This document shows, piece after piece, positions 45,450-57,111 of a stretch of 64,000 nucleotides of DNA. The stretch is from Squalus acanthias (taxonomy: Eukaryota): assembly GCA_030390025.1 (NCBI GenBank), contig CM059432.1, positions 121,894,001 to 121,958,000 on the forward strand, given 5' to 3'. The position numbers and the translations under genes were made by a program. The notes under the pieces are model-generated. The model saw only the letters and a list, made by a program, of their open reading frames with translations, made no database searches and was not told where the DNA came from. Every line of letters begins with the position of its first letter. The first letter of the stretch is position 1.

Positions 45450-46687
45450 GGTGTTTCCAGTCACAATGCCTGATCTGAGAGGCAGGCTAGTGCACTGTCA
45501 CTGCGAGCTGCAAGATGGTGCATCCCCATCCCCCTCCACCTCCAGCACCATGGTGGAGCACAAACCTCCACACAGCAACCATCTGGGTGAAAGATCTGTG
45601 GAGCTATGGCAGCCAGCGAAGGTGGGAGTACCAGGCAGTCTGGCAACCATTTGTGGACCCCACACAAGACCCAGACAAATGTCCACGATAGTAAGAGGGG
45701 AGCCGTGGACAAACAGATGCTTCGTAATGTGCCGCAGCGCACAATGCTCCAACCCTACAAGGGCCATCAGCGGAATCGATAGCAAAAGCCAGGAGCCATC
45801 ACCAAATGATTCGACACAGCACATTACCCGAGAACGCCGCACCAATCCTTCAGACGCGACCTTCGGCCTCCTGCTGAGGTTAGCGCTGGAAAGAGCGCGT
45901 TGCACAAGAGATTCTCCGCTCCGCTCCTGTAAATTAGCAGGCAGCACCAAAATACCGGAGCTGCCTGCGCTCTCTCTGCAGGCGGCCGTTAGCCTTGGCC
46001 GGCGCCGTTACCGGCAGGTTTCCAGCCTAATCGAATTTCTAGGACACAATCTCAAGATTCAGACAACATCCTAAAGCCACAAGAGCAAAGCTCTGATGTT
46101 TTATCAATGTTATCTTATACCTGAGTCTCTGCTACTAGCTTAAGCTCCCTCCTAAGGACTGGAGCTGTTATTTTATAGAAAACAGTGTATTAAATGCATT
46201 ACTTTTTACTATTAATCTTTTTCCTGGGCCCTCATGCATTGTTAGCAATGCCCATATCCCAAGAACAAATTAAAAAAAACACAGCAAGATTTCTGCTTCA
46301 GTCAAAATGGGGCAAAACATTTTTTTAAATATATTTTTATTGCCATAAATCCACATTGCAGCATTCCTAGAAGGAGATAGGGCTAGGCTAGATGCCACTG
46401 TTGATGGTAGCATCACTGACTGTTAGCACCTTGCAACCCTGGACGTCCATTATTTTGAGTGTGATTTTGAGCAGCGTGGACCCAGCATTAAGACCAAACA
46501 AGATGCGAGAGGTGTTAATACATAATTCTCACACCATTTGAATATTATATTTAAGCTCTGGCCTGTTTCAGGTGGGAACTTTCTCTTACCAACCCCCCTC
46601 TACTGGAAATGCGTGTCATGTGCAAAAAGAGTTACACATCTCTGCGCCTTTTCCATGTTTAAAAGTTTCAGGAACTCTCACACCCAG

Positions 46688-47363
46688 GGGCCTAAAAATT
46701 TAGTTGCTTTGCGCCTCCCGTTAGCGCTGGGGCACAAGGCAACTAGCGCCTGGGTGCGGCGTTGCCAACGCGGGAGGTTAGCGGCGGCGGTAACCGTTAG
46801 CGCCCCGCAGCCCTGCGCCGCTGGCGATGACTTCATCGCGTGCGCAGCGCCCCACTCGCACCCCGCTCGCGTCCCGGCCACGATCTTCGGTAGCGCCCCC
46901 TGACTTACCGCCAGACACTATGTCCGACGGGGCGGGGGGGGGCCTACCTGTGGCCAGGGCGGTGCAAATTAAAGGGGAGGTGCCAGGCGGCCATTTTTGT
47001 TGCTGGCCGCCTGCCAGCACCTGCCCCCCGTTGCCATCCCCGGCCTCCTCTGCAGCCCCCCTGCGGAGTGCCAGCTGCACTCCGTGAGCCCAGCACTTCT
47101 CTTGAGTGCCGGGCTCTTTTCCTGGCAGTCCGATCCCTGGTGGCTCAGGTGGGCCCCAGGGCGCGCTGCGCTAGGCCCCTCCCCTTTAAGAAGAGGAGCA
47201 AAGTACTGCGGCGCGATATTCACTCGCAGCGCCCCAAGAGGGAGGCGGGGTGCTTCCAGTAGCACCCCACTTCCCTCTTGGGGCGCTACCGGTGTATTTC
47301 GGCCGCGGGGGCGCTAACCAGCGACATTAGCACCCCAAAGGGGGCGCGACTCAATATTTCCCC
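46688..47363. mobile_element. GC-rich Harbinger-type MITE related to the 2706-6994 ends
   Basis: GGGCCTAAAAATT start, AATATTTCCCC end, TSD CAG; shares GCGCCTCCCGTTAGCGC and GGCGCTAA motifs. Confidence 0.75.
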
Positions 47364-47471
47364 CAGGACATTTAAAAAATTACAATCCAACCCATTGTCT
47401 TATGGGCCAAGGGCAAAAGCCAACCTCCTGTCATTGCATGGTACAGCACATTGACAGCTCTAGCATGCTGA

Positions 47472-47905
47472 GGTAGCATAGTGGTAATGGTATGGTAGCA
47501 TCGTGGTAATGTTGCTGGACTAGTAATTCATGATGCCTGGACTAATAATCCAGTGAAACATGAGTTCAAATCCCACCATGGTAGCTGCAGAATTTAAATT
47601 CAGTTAATTAAATAAATCTGGAATAAAAAGCTAATATCAGTAACTATTGGATTGTTATAAAAACCCACCTGGTTCACTAATGTCCTTTAGGGAAGGAAAT
47701 CTGCTGTCCTTACCTGGTCTGGCCTATATGTGACTCCTAGACCCACAGCAATGTGGTTGACTCTTAACTGCCCCTCAGAAATGGCCCAGCAAGCCACTCA
47801 GTTGTATAAGGTGGCTCACCACCACCTTTTCAAGGGCAATTTGGGATGGGCAATAAGTGCTGGCCTTGCCAGCGCTGCCAACATCCTGTGAATGAATAAA
47901 AAAAA
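47472..47905 (+). mobile_element. tRNA-derived SINE whose 3' tail matches the second CR1-group LINE family
   Basis: Box B GAGTTCAAATCCC; tail GGGATGGGCAATAAGTGCTGGCCTTGCCAG..GAATAA+polyA; second copy at 55008-55455. Confidence 0.75.
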
Positions 47906-48749
47906 AGAAAATTCTGTATGCCTGGGTCAGCAATGGATTGTTTGCATCTTATTCCCATTACTCACACCACTCCAGTAATCAGAACCATGTCAGCACACAT
48001 CATATTAGATGGACTTCTCCTTTGGTCACAGACCATAACAAATGAGTTGTATGTTTTTTTTTAGTGCATTGTTTAATCGACCACTTCAATGGTTGGAACA
48101 CCTGTTGTGCCTGTTGTGTCTCTCAGTCTCCCCTCATCAGTTGAATCACAAATTAGTGACAACAAATTTATAATTATTAATTGAAATTCATGTCCATACT
48201 TGATGCTCAACTGCAAATGCTGTAGATGTTAGCGTTAGAATCAATGATTGTATTTAAAGCAGATTCATTTTGCAGCATACTAGACAGGGCACTTTAGAGA
48301 GCAGAATTGATTGAAATTTTCCAGGTAGCTCGAAAACTAACTAAAAGAAAATCTATTGCTCAAGTCTCTAATAAAGCAAATGCCAACTTTTATTTGATAT
48401 TGTTAATACTGAACTCTGTGCAGTGATACTTCTTCCCATCCCCACGCCAGACAAAACCATCAAGGACCCAGCTTTGCTGAATAGTTTCTCTGTTGAATTT
48501 TGCTAAAATTAAAATGTAAATTCTTTTCATTGCAATTAAGTTCCACATACCACGGACAAGGAAAGGTTGGCAAATGAGAAAATCAGAGGATAGCAATCCT
48601 TTTAAGACTTTTTCCAGATACTTGCTTAACTTACATTGTCTGTAAGAGCACCCAACATTTACATTTTTCTCTACGTGGTCCGCAGGAGTCTATTAACATT
48701 TATCTACTATATTGCTAGTTATAAATAGGTAAAATATTAATTGCCTACA

Positions 48750-51700
48750 AACGGTAGTAAAAGGACATATAAATATAGGGGGACAATACAGAAGAAAACT
48801 GGGACATATCAAAAGTATAAAAAGGGAGCAAAAAAGCAGATTAGGAAGATTAAAAGGTTGTATGTAAGAAGATTGGCAGTCAATATAAAAGGAAATAGCA
48901 AGGTCTTTTGTCAGCACATAATAGTAATATAAGGAGTGGGAGACTGATTTATAAATGATGGGGACCCTCTTGCACTTCAGAGTGAGGGGATGTTAGAGAT
49001 AATTAACATTTCACCTCAGTTTTTGTAGAGGAAGGTGAAAATGGAACATTTCGTACAAGAGCAAAGAAGTACTGATAATTTTGTCAAAAATATTGGTTAG
49101 TCCACAGTTATAGAGTACAATGTATAGTTTTGGGTACCCTATTATAGAAACAACATTAAAGCCACACAGAGCATACAGTGTAAATTTACTTGGATAATGT
49201 CTGGGATGGGAAATTATAGTTATGAGGAGAGACTTGAGATCTTGGTACTGGAGCAGAGAAGGTTAATTGGGGAATTAATGGAGGATTAAAATGGATTTTT
49301 GATAGAGAGAATAGGAATCACTATTTTCTGTGGTGGGAGAGTCAGTGACAAGGTATCATTCATTTTAAATAGTCACAAAGAGACTGAGGAGAGAGGTTAG
49401 GAGAAATCTCTATACCCCACAGGATGTTTGGGCCTGGAATGCTTTGACACAGGGAGTGGTTGAGGTAGAGACCATTGCATTTTTTAAAGGAAAATTGCAT
49501 TAATATTTGAGGCAGAGAAAGAGAAATGGCTATGGGGAGAAATCAAGGCAGTGGGATTAGTTTTGGATTGCTCCAGGAAAGGGACAGCACAAAAACAATG
49601 GGCTGAATGGCCTCCTTCTGTGCCGTATACTTCTTTGGCCCTTCTATAGTTTTAGGTGGCAGATGCAGTTCAATACAAAGAAATAAGAAGTAATGCATTT
49701 TGAGAAAGAGAACAATAAAAGTAAGTATACCTAAACAGTAAGGCTCTGGAATTCTGCGTGGGTTCGACCAGTCTCCTACCATAACTCCAGCAGGAGACTG
49801 ACAGAGCCCCAAAGACATGGCATATATAGGTTGAAAAGAGTAGGAGACCAGTAGAACACACACAGAATTCCAGGGCCTAAGACTCTTAACGGAGTGGAGG
49901 AACAGAGGGAACTAGGAATGCAAATACAGAATTTTTATAGATAAGACTGCAGGTAGGAAAGACCATAAAAAGAAAAATAGGATTTCTGATTTTCATATAT
50001 AGCAGATTGGCCCAGGAATTTACGGTGGGTAATGATGGCGAACTGTCAGCGTTCACCGTCATCACCCTCTGAAACTGACCGCGACTTCAGGATGTAGCGC
50101 ATGCACATCTAAACGCGTAAATCCTGAAGTTGCGGTCAGTCATTCACTCTTCCGACACTGGCTGCGCTGTGGACGCCCCCCACCTCCGCATAGCTGGCAA
50201 TCAGTAAGTTGTGTAGATGGGAACAGAAGGTTACAAAGGAACATTGACACAGACTAAGTGAGTGGGCAAAACAGTGACAGTTGAAGTTCAATGTGGGGAA
50301 GTGTGAGGTCATCCACTTTGAATCCAAGAAAGACAAATCAGAATATTTTCTTAATGGCGAGAGACTAGGAACTGTGGATGAGCATAGGGATTTGGTATCC
50401 CAGTCTAGTTGAATTTGTTGAGGAGGTAACTAATATGGTAAATAAGGGAGTGTCTATGGATATTATTTATATGGACTTCCAGAAGGCATTTGATAAGGTT
50501 CCACATAAGAGATTGTTAACAAAATTAGGGTGCATGGAATTGGAGGCAACCTATTGCCATGGGTAAAGAGTTGGTTAGCAGGTAGGAGACAGAGAGTAGG
50601 GAAAATGAGTATGAGCTCAGATTAGCAGGATGTGACTAGTGCTGTCCCTCAGGGATCTGTACTGGGGCTTCAGCTTTTCACTATATTTATAAATGACTTA
50701 AACAAAGAAATAGAGAGCCATATATCAAAGTTTACTGATGAGTGTAGATGGGAGCAAAAAATTGCAAAGGGACATTGATAGATTAAGTGAGTGGACAAAA
50801 CTGTGGCAGATGGAGTTCAATGTGGGGAAGTGTGAGGTCATCGAATCCTAGAATGATACAGCACAGAAGGAGGCCATTCGGCCCATCATGCTTGTGCCGG
50901 CTCTTTGCAAGAGCTATCCAATTAGTCCTATTCCCCTGCTCTTTCCCCATAGGCCTGCAAGTTTTTCTCCTTCAAGTATGTATTCAATTCCTTTTTGAAA
51001 GATACTATTGAATCTGCCTCCACCACACATTCAGGCAGTGCATTCTAGGTCACAACAATTCGCTGCATAGAAATTATTTTCCTCATGTTGCCTCTAATTC
51101 TTTTGCCAATCATTCACTTTGGACCTAAGAAAGATAGATCAGAGTATTCTCTAAATGTGAGAAGCTAGTAACTGTGGAGCAGCAGAGAGATTTTGGAGTC
51201 CAAGTACAGAAATCATTAAAAGTTAGTGAACAGGTACAAAAAAAATTAACAGAAAGTTAACATGCGGATACAGCAAGCAATTAGGAAAGCAAATGGTATG
51301 TTAGCCTTTATTTCAAGGGGGTTGGAGTATAAGAGTAAGAAAGTCTTGCTGCAATTATGCAGGGCTTTGGTGAGGCCACACTTGGAGTACTGTGTACAGT
51401 TGGTCTCCTTACCTAAGGAAGGATATACTTGCCTTGGAAGGGGTGCAACGAAGGTTCACTAGATTAATTCCTGGGATGAGAGGGTTGTCCTATGAGGAGC
51501 GATCGAGTAGAATGGACCTATATTCTCTGGAGTTTAGAAGAATGAGAGGTGAACTCATTGAAACATACATAATTCTTTAGAGGACTTGACAGGTTGATGC
51601 TGAGAGGCTATTTCTCCTGGCTGGAAAGTCTAGAACTTGAATGCATAAGGGGTTGGCCATTTAAGACTGAGATAAGGAGACATGTCTTCACTCAGAGAGT

Positions 51701-53226
51701 TGTGAATCTTTTGAATTCTCTACCCCAGTGGCTGTGGATGCTAATTGGTTAAGTATATTCAAGACTGTGACTGATGGATTTTTTGACATTAAGGGAATCA
51801 AGCGATTATGGGGATAGGGCGGGAAAGTGGAGTTGAGGTAGCAGATCAGCCATGACCTTATTGAATGGCGGAGCAGGCTCGAGGGGCTGTATGCCCTACT
51901 CCTGCTCCTATTTCTTATGTTCTTATGTTCTTAAAAGGCTAATGGAATGTTAGCCTTTATCTCAGGGGGGCTGAAATACAAAAGAGTTGGAAGTTATGTT
52001 ACAGTGATATAAAGCTCTGGTTAGACCCCATTTACAGTATTGTGTTCAGTTCTGGGCACTGTCCCACAGGAATATATTGGCCTTGAAGGGGGTGCAGCAC
52101 AGATTCACCAGAATAATACCTGGGCTAATAGGGTTAAATTATGAGAAGTGGTTGCACAGACTAGGCTTGCATTCCTTGAGTATAGAAGATTAAGGGGTGA
52201 TTTAATTGAGGTGTTTAAGATGATTAAAGGAATTAATAGGGTAGATAGAGATAAACTATTTCCTCTAGAACAAGGAGGCATAACCTAAAAATTGGAGCCA
52301 GGCCATTCAGGAGTGATGCTAGAAAGTGCGTCTTCACACAAAGGTTAGTGGAAATCTGAAACTTTCTCCCCCAAAAAGCTGTTGAGGCTCGGTCAATTGA
52401 AAATTTCAAAACTGAGATTGATAGATTTTTGTTCGGCCAGAATATTAAGGGTTGCAAAACCAAGATGGGTAGATGGAGTTAAGATACAGATCAGCTGTAA
52501 TGTAATTAAATGGCAGAATATGCTCGAGTGGTTGAAAGGCCTACTCCTGTTTCTATGTTCATATGGTACACAAATCACTAACATTTAGAGCACAGGTACA
52601 AACAGTAATCAAAAAGGCTAATCGAATGTTGGCCTTTAGCTCAAGGTGGGGCTGGAGTACAAAGGGGAGGAAGTTATGCTTCAGCTGTACAGAGCTTTAG
52701 TCAGATCCTATCTGAAGTATTGTGGTCAGTTCAGTGCACTGCACCTCATGAAGGAAATATTGGCTTTAGAGGGGGTACAGCGCAAGTTCACCTGAATGAT
52801 ACGAGGGCTTAAAGGATTAAATTACAAGGACAGGTTGCATAAACTTGGCTTGTATTCCCTGGAGTTTAGAAGACTGAGGGGTGAACTAAGGCTTTTAAAA
52901 TGATAAAGGGATTCAATACGGTAGATACAGAGAAATTATTTCCTCTGGTGGAAGAATCCAGAACAAGGCATAACCTTAAAATTCAGGAGTGAAATCAAGA
53001 AACACTGTTTCACAAAAAGGGTAGTGGAAATTTGGAACTCTCTCCCCCAAAAGATTCTGGCTGTTGGGCCAATTAAAATTTCCATAACTGAGATTGATCG
53101 ATTTACTTTAGGTAAGAATATGGAGAAAAGACAGGCAAATGGAGTTGAAATACAGATCAGCCATGATCTAATAGAATGGCAGAGCAGGCTTGATGGGCTG
53201 AATGACCTATTCCATTTTCCTATGCT
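48750..53226 (+). mobile_element. Cluster of stacked and nested CR1 fragments of differing age (includes a MITE end at ~50009-50200 and an inverted CR1 3' piece at ~50843-51110)
   Basis: Repeated motifs YMDFQKAFDKVPH, IRKANGMLAFISRGLEYK, RGELIETY and several CR1 3' UTRs (ending ~49630, 51932, 52560, 53226). Confidence 0.85.
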
Positions 53227-55007
53227 CTTCTTCATACAAAGAATCATCATTATGTGGATTGAGCTCTTGGGTAGGACAGTGAAGGCAAAAATCCTGAAGT
53301 CATTCAAGAAAATGTTGGTTTATGTAATGGAAGGACTGGAGATTCTTTCAGGATGGATGAGCAAGGATGGGACGAATAGCCTTCCTCATCCATATTTACC
53401 TTGTGGTAACTGAGAAGCATTTTGTGAAGACTTTGTGTTCAGAAGCAAATCCCAAAAGCAGCACCTTTTATTACTAACACTTGCCTGCCATTTGAAAGTG
53501 TAATTACTTTCTATGGCTTCTCCAGATGTACTTGTGGAATTAAACATTTTTAAAGTGCAATCGTTGCCAGATTATTTTGCCAACTGCCTGAACAACTGGA
53601 CAGGGTAATTCTGCACACTTGCTCCTCAAGAGGCTGCGCGTGTGTTGCTACCCTGAGAATTGGGTACTTGAATCCCAAACCTTCCCTGGAACTAGGATAG
53701 TCGGCAGTAATGAGAAAATAATCATGGTAGTTCTCTAAAGCCAGAGTCCAGATTTTGGCTGATGCCAGGTGATTCATTTGCAGCCATCCAAAACCTTCTG
53801 ACCAGTTTCACAGTTAAGAGCAGTCACTGTTTAAAAACTGCCAAGAATTGTAAGGAGCAATCATCTTTGTGGCATCAGGTGCAAGCCAATTAATAAGACC
53901 TCAGCAACTCAGGGGTAATTTTTCATCTTCACAGCTTGGGCAGCGGTTTGGTGGAGTGAATTGCCCACCCTTTATAGATACTGCCTAATTTTCAGTTGAT
54001 AAGTGAGTGAGAACACAAAATTACAGAAGCTCTTCCCCAAGATTTGGGAATCCCATCTGAATGTCTATCCATAGTTTTTAGCTGTAAGATGTTGCTGGAA
54101 CAGGGAAAGAAAGAAAGAATGAAAGAAAGAAAGAAAGAACAGTAAGTAATCCTATTCTATGCCTTCCTTCTATGCACATTGATCACCAACATCCTATTGA
54201 AGGCTACACAGAAGGGGTGTGGGCCATTTTGATTGATATATTTGTTTCCTTCTGATTTGAAGACAGAAAAATAATTTAGAAATAAATCTCACAAAAATCT
54301 GAAGTACTTTTTCTTCACATTTTGACTATCACTTCCAAGTTTTTATTAGCTGTAGATTACTCATGTCTGTCCACCTTTTATCTGTCTGCTCCCAGTACAG
54401 CATTCTCAAAGAATTTAACATTTATCAAAGGCTGCCCTTTCAGTCAGGGCATGTTTCAAAGACCTTGCATCCCATAAATAAATCAGAATTTAAAAATTAT
54501 ATTTAATGAATTCCAGAAAGTCTTTCTCTTCTGTGTGCAAAAGGTTTGTGTCTGTGCTTGGGATGGTTCCCAATTTTAACACTCTATATATGGCTGATTT
54601 ATTAATGAGATCATGGGAATTATTGAAATCTGCGTTAAAGATCCAGCGTCTTTTTGCTAAAAGAAATAAAAATATAAAAGACAACAAGAAAAAAAAGTGA
54701 ATGAAAGGTAAGGGGGGATTTTAGCTAGCAGAAATCAGGCAATGACAGTTAAAATGCCTCGGGTTATTTACCCAGCAGAAAGCTGCCTGGATCCCACCAC
54801 ATTCCACCTTAAACTGCTTTTCTGAGCAGGCGGAAAAGTCACCTGCCTGAAGCAGGCGGGGTTCTTCTTTAACTATGCTAATCAGGATCCGATGATGTTA
54901 ATTGTACCCCAATGGGATGCCACCTGCAGTTTCCCCACCGGGCTGAAGCAAGTCACAAGAGGATCGAGAGGTGAACAGATTCTGACAGGTAAGGATTTTT
55001 TTTTACT

Positions 55008-55455
55008 TTTCTTTTTTTTTATTCGTTCGCGGAATGTGGGCATCGCTGGCCTTGCCAGCATTTATTGCCCATCCCTAATTGCCCTTGAGAAGGTGGTGGT
55101 GAGCCACCTGATACAACTGAGTGTCTTGCTCGGTCATTTCAGCGGGCAGTTAAGAGTCAACCACATTGCTGTGGGTCTGGAGTCACATATAAGCCAGACC
55201 AGGTAAGGGCAGCAGATTTCCTTCCCTGAGAACATTAGTGAACCAGTTGTCTTTTTACAACAATCCAATATTATATAGTAATTTACATGGTCACTATTAC
55301 TGATACTAGCTTTTTATTCCATATTTTAGTTAATTAATTAACTGAATTTAAATTCCCCAGCTGCCGTGGTGGGATTTAGAACACATGTTCCCCAGATCAG
55401 CAGTCCAGGCCTCTGGATTACTAGTGCAGTAACATAACCACTATGCTACCATGCC
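55008..55455 (-). mobile_element. tRNA-derived SINE, same family as 47472-47905, inserted into a MITE-like element (~54713-55620)
   Basis: Reverse-complement match to 47472-47905. Confidence 0.75.
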
Positions 55456-57111
55456 CAGTTTCCTGCTCCGCATGGCCCCACAAGGAAAGTTTAGGCCACC
55501 CCGGCCTTGGATTTCCCCCAATCCGCCCCCCCCACCCCCCGCGAGACCCTCCCAGAATCCATGCCCCACAACTATCTACATATTGGCAGGGTGCCATGCG
55601 GCCTAGCGGTTAAAATCACCCTGGCCTCATGCTGCTGCGGGCGGATGGGAAACTAACTGGGAGTTCAAATCAAACCCAAGATGAAATATTCAAGGCAGAA
55701 AGAGTGAGGAAATATAAAACAAGTGAAAAGAATTAACATGTGGAAAATTATTAAGGCAACAAGTGGAGAGAAAAGTATAAATGAGTTCAAAAAATAATAA
55801 AGTGAGGAAAATTAATGAAAAAGAAAATGCCATTTGCCAAACTATTCAATATAGGAGTGCAGTGTATAATTCAGACATATTACTGTTGGTACTATAAGTG
55901 GTGGGCATTATATTGGTAAAACATAATCCACATGCTCATAGGGTTTCCAATATCTATAGTTGAGTTATTGTTTTCTGGTGTCTGATTCCTCTTCAGTTAT
56001 TTCCATTGTGTTAAATGTCAATCTGGAGGAAGTGTGTTATATATGGAATGTGCATTTCAATGTTCAGGTTGGTTTGCTTAGTTTCAATGCCTTTTTGTGT
56101 GTCTTCATTTCGAGCATTTAAACTGATACTGGGGATTAGACAACAGGGGCAAGGTTATAACCCAGCCAGCATGGCGCAATTGAGGTATGCTCGTCGTGAA
56201 AATGCTGGAACGTTCAGCTGCGATCCCAATGTGATCCCACCACCCCTCGCCATCTTAACTCACCTCTAAAACAGGCACGGGAGGGCCTCCCATCCCAGGC
56301 AAGTGGGGGTCTACTTTACATTCAAAAGTCGTGGCCCTTAGGCGTCATCGGTGGCGCAATGCCATTTTAACTCAAGATTTGGGAGGCCCGCTCGGGTCAA
56401 ACCCAACAGGCAGACCTATTGGCAGCCAGCTGAGTGCCCAGAAAAGAATGAGGTAAGACTCTATATTTAACATTCCTTGTGGGATTTAGAACTCATGTTC
56501 CCCGGATCAGTAGTCTAGTCCTCTGGATTACTAGGAGGAGTAGGAGTTCTCCCCCTGGTCCTGCAGTGAGGCCTTGGGGCCTCATGGCCCCAGCCTTGCT
56601 GCTCCTCCCTCCCCCCCCCCAGCACTAATTTCATGCCAGGATTGTTCACTTGGGTCCTCAGCATCCTCAGGCTCCCATTCCAAATTTCACTCCTGCCCGT
56701 CAGCCTTGACATCATTCCTGCCATTTTTATGCAGAGACATATCGTGACACATGCTAATGAGGCCTGGGAGTTAAAATGTTCCAGGCCTTACTTTCAACTC
56801 CCCACTGGGCTTTTCCTCCAATCCCATACACTGCCTGCTCTGAGTTAAGATCAACCCCCTGAGCTCTGAGGAGACACTGAGGAAGCTACGAATGTATACA
56901 CTGGAGAGAAAACCTTATCAAAGTTTGAAAATTCTAAAGCCTAAAAAATTGCTTGACATAACTACATGTTTCGTTACGGGTGTGGGCACAGGCTCAAGCT
57001 TAGAAACGGGAAAGTGAACAGACAGTTTAAATTTAATTACTTCACACAGATCGTAGTGAATGTATGGAATAGACTGAATAGGGGGGCCACAGTTATTATT
57101 AGAAAATGTAA

